64,000 bases of DNA. It comes from Acidobacteriota bacterium. GTDB lineage: Bacteria > Acidobacteriota > UBA6911. The DNA is taken from positions 10,950-74,949 of the forward strand of contig JAFGTD010000019.1 of assembly GCA_016934295.1 (NCBI GenBank), given 5' to 3'. Made by a program: the position numbers and the translations under genes. Shown piece after piece: positions 39,677 through 50,100 of the stretch. The notes under the pieces were generated by a model. The model searched no databases, had not been told where the DNA came from, and saw nothing but the letters and a program-made list of their open reading frames with translations. The number at the start of each line of letters is the position of its first letter. The stretch's first letter is position 1.

Positions 39677-40631
39677 CCCGCCTTTTGGATCTTAAGAACC
39701 GATCCAGGGCGTCCTCGGATAGTCCATAGAGATCCTGGGGATTTTCCGGCGGCTGGTATTTCCATCTTTTATGACCCCACAACCAGGATTCAGGCTGTTC
39801 CCGGATTATCCCCTCGAGGATTCTGTTGAGTTCGCGCGTGTTTGTCTCAATATCCCGATTCCGGTCGCCTGTTCGGGTAACCTCGATGGGGGGAAGAAAT
39901 TTGATTCTGTAACGTCCATGCCGCATGGGCGTCAGGTAACCCGGGAGAACAGGGGCGTCCGTACGAAGAGCCAGGAGCGCTAACCCTGTTGTGGTTGCCG
40001 CGGGCAGGCCGAAAAAGTCGGCGAATCCCCCCTCCAGCAGGCTTGTATTCTGATCCATCAATATTCCCACAGAGCCGTTTTCCTTAAGTTTTTTAAGGAC
40101 AGGACGCAGGGCATTTTTTTTGTTAATCACACTGTTACCCATGGATTCGCGCAACTGCTGCAGATAACGATCCAGCTTTATATTATCCAGAGGGCGCGTG
40201 ATGAAGCTGAGTGGATAGCCGTAAAGCGCATGCGCCGCCGGCAACAGTTCCCATGCGCTGAAATGCCCTGTCAGATAAAGAATCCCCTTTCCCTTGGACT
40301 GCGCCGCCCGGAAGTTATCAAGGCCGGAATCCGGATCGTATTGCACTAGGGATGAAATGTTGTGCCGGTTCAGTTTGGGAATGCGGCTGATTTCAAGAAG
40401 ATTCATGGCCGTGTTCTGAAAGCTCTTTCGGGTGATTTCCTCCCTTCGGGATTTAGGAAGGTCGGGAAATGCAATTTTAAGATTTACGTCCGCAATATGC
40501 CTGTGCCTGAAGTCGAGCCGGTAGGCTGCAAGCGCTATAATCCTGGTTAGAAATATGCCGAAGGAACGGGGCAGGGCGCGCATGCACCGAATAACCGCCT
40601 TGACAAAGATGTAGACGAAATAGGATTCCAA
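39639..40631 (-). CDS. lpxL: Lipid A biosynthesis acyltransferase (LpxL/HtrB family)
   Basis: N-terminal TM segment and the lysophospholipid acyltransferase motif LTGHFSAWE. The 3' end overlaps the convergent TPR gene by 38 nt. Confidence 0.8.
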   Translation of the reverse strand: MESYFVYIFVKAVIRCMRALPRSFGIFLTRIIALAAYRLDFRHRHIADVNLKIAFPDLPKSRREEITRKSFQNTAMNLLEISRIPKLNRHNISSLVQYDPDSGLDNFRAAQSKGKGILYLTGHFSAWELLPAAHALYGYPLSFITRPLDNIKLDRYLQQLRESMGNSVINKKNALRPVLKKLKENGSVGILMDQNTSLLEGGFADFFGLPAATTTGLALLALRTDAPVLPGYLTPMRHGRYRIKFLPPIEVTRTGDRNRDIETNTRELNRILEGIIREQPESWLWGHKRWKYQPPENPQDLYGLSEDALDRFLRSKRRASPQADPFSGDE

Positions 40632-40862
40632 TGCAAAGTATCCGCGATGTTAATGTTTGCAAAAACCGCAACCGCTTTCTTTATGGTTGAGGCCGTTTAA
40701 TTCACTCCATAATCCGTCCCCGACGCTATAATGCTTTCATTGAAAAAGGGCGGACTGCGGCATTATGCCGTCGGTAAAAGTAATTTTCAACGCTAACCGA
40801 TGCCATTAAGATATCAGCAATATATGGGACGCAATTATAAAAAATAACGTAAAACTCTTTTT

Positions 40863-41213
40863 ATGGCCGGACTCGAAATGGACATGGAAAAGCCCTATAG
40901 TGATGATTTAAAAAGAATTCTGGTTTTTTCCGATTTTGCCGAAGCGGAAAAATCGATCCGGAATCTCGAAAAATTATGCCGAAAATATACGGAAGCGAGC
41001 GATAAGAAAGGAGTGGAGTACTGTAGAAAAATTGCCCTGCTGGGAAGACGGAGATCCGAGTTCATCAGCAGAAATAAAAGGGTAAATCTTCAAAAAAGAC
41101 GGGAGAAGCAAGAGATAGCCGAATGGTTCAGAATATGGCTCGAGACGCCGGATCTTTTTGAAGACTGGCTAGCACTGAGGAAGCAAACCGAAGAGTTTAA
41201 AAAGCTTTTATAG
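40863..41213 (+). CDS. Hypothetical helical protein (116 aa)
   Basis: Charged, all-helical, with no recognisable motif. The C-terminus (FRIWLETPDLFEDWL) echoes the WLET motif of the next ORF. Confidence 0.5.
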   Translation: MAGLEMDMEKPYSDDLKRILVFSDFAEAEKSIRNLEKLCRKYTEASDKKGVEYCRKIALLGRRRSEFISRNKRVNLQKRREKQEIAEWFRIWLETPDLFEDWLALRKQTEEFKKLL

Positions 41214-41214
41214 T

Positions 41215-42618
41215 ATGGAGTCCGATATGCCGGGATTGAAATCCCAGAAAGCGCGCAACTCGTTCCTGGAAGCATTGCGCGCGGAAATCGTTGCAGGAAA
41301 TGAGAATTTGACTTCATGGATAAAGCATATTCATGCACAGGGAGCGATTGACAGTCTCTTCTGGCTGGAAACCTGGCTGAAAGGCATTCGTTCTTTTCTT
41401 AATATCGAGCATCTTCCTCTCGCTGATTCTGAAAAGGAAGATTTATTGAGCCGCAGCTTTCTGTCGGAGATCAAGATCATACGCAATGCTGTGCAAATCT
41501 CCGAAACCTATGCGTGTGATGTGCTTAATGTCGGGCATGCCGAGGAGTTTGAGTTGGAGAAGGTCATCGAGGATAAGATAAGAAAAGAAAGAACTCTCGA
41601 TTCCCATACAAGCAGGTTCCTGGCTCAGATAACTCCCGTCGACAGCATTTCTCAATTGCTCGATTCACTGAATGATATGCGGATTTCCATCGATGCCTAC
41701 CAACGGCTTCCCAACCCCGGATTTCAGTTGTTTCTTACTCTGGGCAGAATCTATCGGCAGGAGCTCAGGAATTGCCGGTATATTGATATGCTGATGAGCC
41801 AGAGATTCCGGATCCAGTACGATCTCATAGAAAACAAATCCCTTACGGAAGTGCTCCGCGGCATCAAGGATGAACAGGTACAACGTAATGTTGCCCTTGC
41901 AATGCTGTATATATTCCGGTTTCTGAAGTATTTGAGATTCGTATCCAATGATCTTCAGCACGATCGGCCTCTCCGGCACCACCTGATTATTTTTTCGCTG
42001 CTTCATGAAGAAATGGAGAATTTATCGAATTTCCTTAAAGCGCGCATGCTTAAAGGGAAGGATCCAAGCCAGGATCTGAAAAATGCGGCAGACCTTGTTG
42101 CCTATTCGCTCAAGACGGAATCCCGGAAAGCTTTGTCCCGGGAACTTGTCTTCGTTTCCCGGGAAATGGAACCCTCAAATGTTTATGCGAGCATTGAAAA
42201 CAGTCACGGTTTGCTTCTGAACTGCTGCCAGAGCTGCATTCTCAACCTTGTCAAAGCCGTAGATCCGAATTTTAATGAGCAGAGCCTGTTCCCAAAGAGA
42301 GTCGAGCGTATCGCGATGGGCGATCAAATCCGTCAGGATTTGTGGAGCCTGCGACAGTGGCTGATTGAGATATCGGAAAATGAAACGGTGCCGGATACAA
42401 ACAGGGTTATCGAACGGCTTACCTTGTTTAAAGAGAAATCCCTGCCGTTGCTCATGTATCGGGACTGGGCGGGATTCGAAAGCTTTATGGAAACGCTGGC
42501 GATCTCCAACAACTCCAATGAAATAATGACACGTATGCGGAAATTTATAAATTTCATCGAAGATCTGATTCAGGAAGTCTCCAAGCGGGGCATTTATCAG
42601 AAAAACATCAAGCCGTAA
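41215..42618 (+). CDS. Hypothetical helical protein (about 463-467 aa)
   Basis: Begins 1 nt after the previous stop. The likelier start is the second ATG at 41227, which has a GGAG Shine-Dalgarno. No nucleotide-binding or catalytic motif was found. Confidence 0.5.
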   Translation: MESDMPGLKSQKARNSFLEALRAEIVAGNENLTSWIKHIHAQGAIDSLFWLETWLKGIRSFLNIEHLPLADSEKEDLLSRSFLSEIKIIRNAVQISETYACDVLNVGHAEEFELEKVIEDKIRKERTLDSHTSRFLAQITPVDSISQLLDSLNDMRISIDAYQRLPNPGFQLFLTLGRIYRQELRNCRYIDMLMSQRFRIQYDLIENKSLTEVLRGIKDEQVQRNVALAMLYIFRFLKYLRFVSNDLQHDRPLRHHLIIFSLLHEEMENLSNFLKARMLKGKDPSQDLKNAADLVAYSLKTESRKALSRELVFVSREMEPSNVYASIENSHGLLLNCCQSCILNLVKAVDPNFNEQSLFPKRVERIAMGDQIRQDLWSLRQWLIEISENETVPDTNRVIERLTLFKEKSLPLLMYRDWAGFESFMETLAISNNSNEIMTRMRKFINFIEDLIQEVSKRGIYQKNIKP

Positions 42619-42884
42619 AGAGGATCTGAAATCCCTTTAACTTGAATATTTGCGAAATCCGGGACTTGTATCGCATTTTCATGGCCGCAGCAATTCATCG
42701 CTTTCCTTTTCGATCATTTCTTTAGCCAATCTACATAAATTCCTTTAATTTTCGGTTATGTCCATAATCCCGGAACAGAAATTCAATAACTGAAATAGCG
42801 GTTTAGACGGACAATAAAGTATTACCCGGGTAAGCAGAGTCTGCTACCATATGCCCTTATCATCGATATTTCAGGGGTGAAGGC

Positions 42885-44165
42885 ATGGCGGAATCATTGA
42901 TAAATAATCTCCCGGGCACCCGGGACCTGTTGCCGGAGGAACTTGCCGGTTGGCACGTAGTAGAAGACTGCGCCAGGCGTATTTTCCGTCAATACGGTTT
43001 TCTTGAAATACGCACGCCCATCATCGAGTCGACGGAGTTGTTCGCGAGAGGCATCGGGGAAGATACCGATATCGTCGGCAAGGAAATGTATACCTTCCAG
43101 GATCGAGGCGACCGGTCCGTCACGCTTCGTCCGGAAGCCACCGCATCGGTGGTCCGTGCCTATATTCAGAACACGCTCTATCGGGAAAGCGGCATAACAA
43201 AACTGTGTTATTTCGGTCCCATGTTCCGCTACGAAAAGAAACAGAAAGGGCGATGGCGGCAGTTTTACCAGATCGGAGTGGAGGCTTTCGGTTCGGACCA
43301 TCCCGCCCTGGATGCCGAAATAATCGAAATGGCTCTGCGGCTCATGGATTCCCTTGGGGTGCAGGCGAAACTGCTGATTAACTCCGTCGGATGCCGGAAA
43401 TGCCGGACGGAATACACAAAACAGCTGCGTCAAATCCTGCAGTCGGAACTTGAAAACCTTTGCGACGATTGCCGACGCCGCGCGGATACGAACTGTCTCA
43501 GAGTTTTTGACTGTAAGATTGAACGGTGCCGGCCGGTCATCGGGAAACTTCCGGTTATTGCAGAAAGCCTCTGCGACGAATGTTCCGGGCATTTCAGCAG
43601 TGTGAAAACTTACCTTGACGGTGCCGGGATTGCTTATGAAATCGCACCGGGATTAGTGCGGGGACTGGATTATTACGTCAGAACGGCGTTTGAAATCGTA
43701 AGCGGGGACCTGGGCGCCCAGAATGCCATACTGGGCGGCGGCCGTTATGACGGATTATCGGAAGTGATAGGCGGACCTCCGGTACAGGCCATCGGGTTTG
43801 CCGTGGGGCTGGACCGGTTGACGATGGTCCTGCCTGAGGAAAAGCGCGAATCGGGCATGTGGAAACCGGATCTGTTTATCGCCTACAAGGGAGATGCGGC
43901 ATTTCAGAAAGCGCTCCATATAGCGCGGGAGCTTCGTCGCCTACAGCAATCATGCTACCTGGATTTTTCAGCCGGAAGCCTGAAACGCCAGATGCGCCTG
44001 GCGAACAAAATCGATGCGGCGCATGTGTTGATTATCGGCGACGACGAACTGGCCCGGGATTCCTACACAATCAAGAAAATGGAGGATTCCAGCCAGTGGG
44101 AAGTCACGCTGGAGGAACTCGCACAGTACTTACAGGCCCGAGGCAAGCAGGGAAAGGTTCGATAG
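42885..44165 (+). CDS. hisS: Histidine--tRNA ligase
   Basis: Class II motifs including GGGRYDGL and the HisS N-terminal pattern (RGTRDLLPEE...), with a C-terminal anticodon-binding domain. Confidence 0.93.
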   Translation: MAESLINNLPGTRDLLPEELAGWHVVEDCARRIFRQYGFLEIRTPIIESTELFARGIGEDTDIVGKEMYTFQDRGDRSVTLRPEATASVVRAYIQNTLYRESGITKLCYFGPMFRYEKKQKGRWRQFYQIGVEAFGSDHPALDAEIIEMALRLMDSLGVQAKLLINSVGCRKCRTEYTKQLRQILQSELENLCDDCRRRADTNCLRVFDCKIERCRPVIGKLPVIAESLCDECSGHFSSVKTYLDGAGIAYEIAPGLVRGLDYYVRTAFEIVSGDLGAQNAILGGGRYDGLSEVIGGPPVQAIGFAVGLDRLTMVLPEEKRESGMWKPDLFIAYKGDAAFQKALHIARELRRLQQSCYLDFSAGSLKRQMRLANKIDAAHVLIIGDDELARDSYTIKKMEDSSQWEVTLEELAQYLQARGKQGKVR

Positions 44166-44248
44166 TAATCCGTGCCTGAATAAAAGTAAAAAGACTTCCT
44201 GAATGGTCGGAAACACATATCCCTCATGGATTGATTTAATTTAGAGTT

Positions 44249-44276
44249 TTTGATTTTCAATCTTCAATTTTTAATC
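44249..44276 (+). repeat. Intergenic heptamer-array element, copy A (TTTGATT TTCAATC TTCAATT TTTAATC), 23 nt upstream of mutL
   Basis: Shares the exact 20-mer AATCTTCAATTTTTAATCAA with copy B, which is 9.5 kb away. Confidence 0.6.
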
Positions 44277-44298
44277 AAATTGACGAGGCCGACTGAAA

Positions 44299-46155
44299 TT
44301 GAACAAAATCAGGGTACTGCCGGAAATTCTGGCCAATAAGATTGCCGCCGGCGAGATCGTCGAACGTCCGGCTTCCGTCGTTAAAGAGCTGGTGGAAAAT
44401 TCCATCGATGCCGGCAGCCGTTCGGTCCACGTTGCCGTTCGGACGGGCGGGAAACGTCTTATCCAGGTAAGGGATGACGGGACAGGCATGAGCCAGGATG
44501 ATGCCATCCTGGCCTTCGAACATCATGCAACCAGTAAGCTCGAGACCGCTCGAGATCTCAGTGCAATCGCCACGCTGGGATTCAGGGGGGAAGCCTTGCC
44601 GTCGATTGCCTCGGTCTCGCGCCTGACATTGAAAACCCGCACGGATGATCCCGAAGCTGCGACAGGAACGCATCTGGAGATTCATGGGGGAGTTCTTCGC
44701 TCGGTAAAGCCGGTATCCTGGGACAAAGGCACGGAGATATCCGTACGAGACCTCTTCTTCAATGTGCCGGCCAGGAGAAAATTCCTCAAAACCAACGATA
44801 CGGAGTCCGGGCATATTGCACGGCATGTGACGCATTATGCCCTCGCCAATCCGGAAATTCGCTTCACCCTGCAAAGCGGCGACCGTATTCTTCTGGATGC
44901 GGTGGCCGTATCGACCGTCAGGGAACGGATTTATCAGGTGTTCGGGGACGGCTTTCTCGACAACATGGTTGAACTGTCGGGTTCAGCCGGACCGATTCGG
45001 GTTTATGGATTCAGCTCCAGGCCCTATGAGCAGAGAACCAATGCCTACTCGCAGTATTTTTTTGTGAACAGGCGAATGGTGCGCGACAAAGTGATAACAG
45101 GCGCCTTGCGGGAAGCCTACCGGCGATGCATGCCTGCCGCCGCATATCCTGTCGTTGTCCTGTTTCTGGAATTGCCCTACGATCAGGTGGACGTCAATGC
45201 GCATCCGGCTAAAACCGAGATACGCTTTCATAATCAGAGCTCCATTTATAATTTAGTGCGGCAAAGTATCGAGCGCGCAATATCACAGGATGCCGGCGTT
45301 CCCGAGTTCGAACCGCAAAAAGTAAGAACCTATCCTGTTGAGATGTCCGGAAAAGAAACGCAATATGTGAAAGATGCCGGAATCGTTCCGGAGACAGCTT
45401 CATTGATTTATCCGCCCGTATCGGAAAATCCTGCCGGTACGGATCCACAGGAGTTTCAATTCCCGTCTCAGGGAAAGGTGTACGAATATCCCGCAACAGT
45501 AGAGAATCATAAAGCCCTCCGGATACAGACGGACATGCTGCTGGGCTCAAAACGGGAATCAGGGGAACCCTTGCTGCCCGAATCGGTCCGGATTCTGGGA
45601 CAATACCGGGATAGCTATATTATTGCCAGTGACAGACAGGGTTTGCTGATTATCGATCAGCATGTTGCACACGAACGGATTCTTTATGAGAAGCTGGCTA
45701 ATTCAATGAAAAACAGGGAAGTGGAAACACAGGGACTTCTCAATCCGTTTACGATCGATCTGGCTCCTCATCAGAGCGCATTTATTGAGAGAGTGATTCC
45801 TGAGCTGCAGAGAAGCGGTTTCCAGGTGGAATCCTTCGGCGGTGCATCCATTATCGTACGGTCTGTTCCGGCAATCGCCGGAGAATCCGATTACAGGGAA
45901 CTACTGAAAGAAATATTGGAAAACCTGGAAAAAGAGGAGAGGGAGGTGGACATCGATAGAATCAGGGACCGCATCGCCGTGAGTGCCGCCTGCCGGGCAG
46001 CCATTAAAGTAAATATGCCGCTTTCCATGGAAAAAATGCAATGGCTGGTCGAACAGCTTGCCCGGACACGGATCCCAACAAGCTGCCCGCACGGAAGGCC
46101 GATAATTCTGCGGTTCAGCAACTACGAGATCGAGAAAAGGTTTGGAAGAGTATGA
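44299..46155 (+). CDS. mutL: DNA mismatch repair protein MutL
   Basis: GHKL ATPase N-terminus (LANKIAAGEIVERPASVVKELVENSIDAG), a transducer domain and a C-terminal dimerisation domain. TTG start as in the track. Confidence 0.93.
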   Translation: MNKIRVLPEILANKIAAGEIVERPASVVKELVENSIDAGSRSVHVAVRTGGKRLIQVRDDGTGMSQDDAILAFEHHATSKLETARDLSAIATLGFRGEALPSIASVSRLTLKTRTDDPEAATGTHLEIHGGVLRSVKPVSWDKGTEISVRDLFFNVPARRKFLKTNDTESGHIARHVTHYALANPEIRFTLQSGDRILLDAVAVSTVRERIYQVFGDGFLDNMVELSGSAGPIRVYGFSSRPYEQRTNAYSQYFFVNRRMVRDKVITGALREAYRRCMPAAAYPVVVLFLELPYDQVDVNAHPAKTEIRFHNQSSIYNLVRQSIERAISQDAGVPEFEPQKVRTYPVEMSGKETQYVKDAGIVPETASLIYPPVSENPAGTDPQEFQFPSQGKVYEYPATVENHKALRIQTDMLLGSKRESGEPLLPESVRILGQYRDSYIIASDRQGLLIIDQHVAHERILYEKLANSMKNREVETQGLLNPFTIDLAPHQSAFIERVIPELQRSGFQVESFGGASIIVRSVPAIAGESDYRELLKEILENLEKEEREVDIDRIRDRIAVSAACRAAIKVNMPLSMEKMQWLVEQLARTRIPTSCPHGRPIILRFSNYEIEKRFGRV

Positions 46156-46326
46156 AACGTATATTTTAGTAGGGTTTCCCGCCGCAGAAAGCGTCAAATT
46201 TTTTTTCATTTTTTTAGGATATTAGATAAAGGTATGTAAATATTCCCGGCGGCAGGCCGATAATGTTAAGAAGGCGGGAAAATCATTCCCGGACCTCGGA
46301 TTTGGTTTTGTTAGAGATGCGGTCGT

Positions 46327-47058
46327 ATGGAACAATCAGCTGAAGCAAGCGATGAAAACAAAGCGCCGGATGATGGAATAGAGGTATTCGAAACCGGCGA
46401 CCTGGACGTTATTTCCATCAACGACTCCCTGCAGGTAACCGTCGCGGACGATCCGAATCCGTCGAATTACTACAGCAGGGTGAATAATGTTGAAGAGGGC
46501 AGGCTCATTATTGCCTGGCCTACGCAACGCGGCATACGCCTCCCGGTACGCCGCGATCAGAAGCTGAACTTTACTTTTTTACATAACGGTATCCCTTTTG
46601 TCTTCAGCGGGATTGTGGATGAAACAAGCAGCGGATCCCTGCCTGAAATAACCGTTATTACCGTCGGTCCCGTAATAAAAACGCAGCGACGCCATAATTT
46701 TCGGATGAAATGCCTGGTACCGGTCGAAATAATCTGGACGGAATACCTGCCCGAATCAGGCAAGGGGATGGAGAATGTCGGAAACATCACGACCAGCACC
46801 TACGACCTCAGTGCCGGCGGCGTTGGCATCCGCTGGAAAAAAACCATTCCGGAAGGCACTCCGGTTGAAGTAAAATTGAATGTGCCGGATGATGGTCCGT
46901 TAATGAAAATTCCATGCCGGGTAGCCTATACCGAAAAACTTCCGGACAATCCGTCCATGACCCATATCGGCATTCAGTTTCTGGCAATCAGCGAACGGGA
47001 ACAGGCGCGCATCATCCGTTATCTCAATCGTCTGCAGATTCAAAGTCTGCATGTATGA
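46327..47058 (+). CDS. PilZ-domain c-di-GMP-binding protein (YcgR-like N-terminus plus PilZ)
   Basis: c-di-GMP-binding motifs QRRHNFR and DLSAGGVGI. Confidence 0.75.
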   Translation: MEQSAEASDENKAPDDGIEVFETGDLDVISINDSLQVTVADDPNPSNYYSRVNNVEEGRLIIAWPTQRGIRLPVRRDQKLNFTFLHNGIPFVFSGIVDETSSGSLPEITVITVGPVIKTQRRHNFRMKCLVPVEIIWTEYLPESGKGMENVGNITTSTYDLSAGGVGIRWKKTIPEGTPVEVKLNVPDDGPLMKIPCRVAYTEKLPDNPSMTHIGIQFLAISEREQARIIRYLNRLQIQSLHV

Positions 47059-47122
47059 ATACCCGGCAGCCAATCTCTGCATTCGCCGACTCGGTTTGAT
47101 TTTATTGTAGGTTTATCCCCCG

Positions 47123-50100
47123 CTAATTGACGACCTGAACCGATCCCAGGCCGCAGATGTCTTCGATCTGCCGGATTAACTCCGGGCTCGATTTGACCTT
47201 TACAAAGTCGGAGGACTGAATGTTAAGGCGGAATTCGGAAGGATGATACAGTTCGACATCCACTCCCGTATCCCCCCGGTTCTTTTCGAGCAGACGGTGG
47301 AGTTCGGTCGCGGACGCGGGAGAAAGCGAGGAAATACGCGCCGTAATTCGGAGGGTTTTGGCGTTTCGCTGCATGATGCCGGGCAAAGGTTCTATTTCGG
47401 ATGCTATTATTTTAAAACTTCTTTCATCTTCCGGTTCGAACCGTCCCGACACCAGAAGGGGGCAATCGGCTGCGAGGAAAGATTCGAACCTGGTGTAGGA
47501 ATTAGGGAAAACGATAGTCGGCACGGATCCTGAAAGATCTTCCAGGGTAAAAATCGCCATCAGTTCCCCCTTCTTGGTACGACGTGTACGAAGATCCGTA
47601 ACGATGCCGGCAACCTGACATTCGATGCTTCTACCTTCGGCAGTTAAATCGGCAATGGGCTTCTTGCTGTAGCGCGCCGCTTCCTCTGCAAACCGGCTCA
47701 TCGGGTGGCCCGATACATAGAATCCCAGGGTTTCTTTTTCAAAAGCCAGACGCTGTTCAATGGGCCATTCCGGGATATCCGGCGGCTCGGGTTCGGGAAG
47801 TTCGGCCTGCCCGGAGGCCGATACGCTTGCAAACAGCCCCCGCTGGCCGCTCTCCCGGTCGCGCCTGGCTTTCTGTCCGTATTCCAAAGCCGTATCGAGC
47901 ATTTCCATGCATTGAGAGCGTTTCCACAAGAGCGAGTCCAGCGCACCGCTTTTAATCAGGCTTTCGAGAACCCTTTTGTTTAAGGAACGGGAATCGACCT
48001 CTTCACAAAATTGGAAGAAGCTTCGGAATTTTCCGTTTTTGTTGCGGTACTCGAGAACAGACTGAATAACGCCTTCTCCGACATTTCTTATTGCCAGCAT
48101 CCCGAACCGGATCCTGCCCTCCATGGACAGGAAATCGAGGGAGCTTTCATTGATATCCGGAGGAAGGACCGCAATGCCCATATCTTTGCATTCGGCGATA
48201 TACATAACAATCTTGTCGGTGTTCCCGATTTCACTCGTCAGCAGGGCAGCCATGAATTGGACGGGATAATAGACCTTCAGATATGCAGTCTGATAGGCAA
48301 GCAGCGCGTAGGCCGTACTGTGGGATTTATTGAATCCATACTGCGCAAACTGTTCCATCAGGCTGAAAACCTGTTTTGCCGATTTTTCTGAGATATTCTT
48401 CTTTAGAGCGCCTTCAATGAACTTTTCCCGCATCGAGTTCATGATGTCGATTTTCTTTTTTCCCATGGCCTTTCGCAGAATATCGGCCTCGCCCAGTGAA
48501 AAGCCGCCCATTTTACTGGCTATCTGCATGACCTGTTCCTGGTAGACAATGACACCGTAAGTTTCCTTTAAGATTTCCTCCAGTATCGGGTGCGGGTAGC
48601 GCACTTCGATTCCACCCTGCTTGCGTTTTACAAAGTCCGGTATCATGTCCATCGGCCCGGGGCGGTAGAGGGCGTTCAGTGCAATCAGGTCCTCGAAACG
48701 TTCCGGTTTCAACCTGCGCAATTCACTTTTCATCCCGCCGCTTTCAAACTGGAAAATGCCGTTTGTTCTGCCCTGCGAGAAAAGCTCAAAGACTTTTTTG
48801 TCCGTCAGCGGAATGGATTCCAAATCCAGTTCGATCCCCTTTTCTTCACGAATGCGCGAAACGGTGCTGTCAATAACGGTCAGGGTGGTCAGCGCCAGAA
48901 AATCCATCTTGAGAAGTCCGATCGACTCCAGGTCCTTCATGCTGTATTGAGAGGTGATTTCATCCTTGTTTGTTTTTTGAAGCGGTACAAGTTCGACAAG
49001 CGGTTCGGGAGCGATGACCACGCCGGCGGCGTGGGTGGAAGAATGTCTCGAAAGTCCTTCCAGACGCTTTGCAATGGAAATGAGCTTTTCAATCTGGGGT
49101 TTTCTCATTTCTTCGACAAGCCGAGGTTCCTGTTCCAGGGCTTTGTCGATGGTTGCATTCAGTTCGTCCGGGATCAGTTTCGCGATGTGGTCCACTTCCG
49201 AATATGGAATGTCGAGGCTCCTGCCCACATCGCGTATCACGCCCCTGGCCGCCATTGTGCCGAAGGTGATGATCTGGCAGACATTGGCACGACCGTATTT
49301 TTGAGAGACGTAGTCAATCATTTCGGACCGACGCTTCATGCAGAAATCCATATCAATATCGGGAGGGGCGATCCGCTCCGGATTCAAGAAACGCTCGAAG
49401 AACAGTTCGTATTGCAGGGGATCGATATCCGTGATGGCGAGGCTGAAGGCAACCAGGCTGCCCACGACAGATCCTCTGCCGGGCCCTACGGGTATCCTGT
49501 GATCCCGGGCATATTTCATCAAATCCCAAACGATGAGGAAGTAGCTCGAAAACTGCATCCGCTGTATCATCTCAATTTCGAAATTCAGCCTCTCTTCATA
49601 GGCGGACAGGGGATATTTCAAATTGCCTGATTTTGAAAGGGCTTCCAGATTCCTGCATCTGTTGAGAAAGCCGTCGCGGGTGACCTTCTCAAAATAACTG
49701 TCTGCATTGTATCCGGAAGGCACTTCAAAGGGAGGCAGGGGCTGCTCTGTCGGCATTTCGAAGCCGCAACGTTCCGCGATGCGGACGGTGTTCTGTAAGG
49801 CATCGGGTATATGGCCCCAAAGCGCATGCATCTCCCGGGGAGATTTAAAATAAAACTGGTCGGATTCGTATCGCATGCGATCCTGCTGGTTTACGGTTTT
49901 ACCGGTGCCGATGCATAGAAGGACATCGTGTGCGACACTGTCACCGGGAAGGATGTAATGGGTATCGTTCGTGCATACAAGAGGGATGCCTGTTTTTTTT
50001 GCGATTTCTAAAATGCCGGGATTTACCTGCTTCTGTGCTTCAAGATTATGATCCTGTAATTCCAGATAGAAATTTCCCTTACCGAAAATGTCCTGCAGTT

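Noticed and set aside
41211-41230. Possibility that the two hypothetical ORFs 40863-41213 and 41215-42618 are one frameshifted gene
   Set aside because: Continuing the first frame past its TAG hits another stop within about 30 codons. The second ORF has its own GGAG-spaced ATG. Shared motifs are more likely a duplicated module.
47461-47500. GGTTCGAATC T-loop-like string suggesting a tRNA
   Set aside because: It lies inside the dnaE coding region. The flanks cannot form T- or acceptor stems. No tRNA-like cloverleaf was found anywhere in the window.
48590-49630. Large antisense ORFs inside dnaE, alaS, pilT, valS and other long genes (e.g. 48590-49630 +, 26434-27201 +, 4969-5490 -, 12570-13025 -)
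   Set aside because: These are shadow ORFs opposite well-supported conserved genes. Their products are low-complexity with no motifs.
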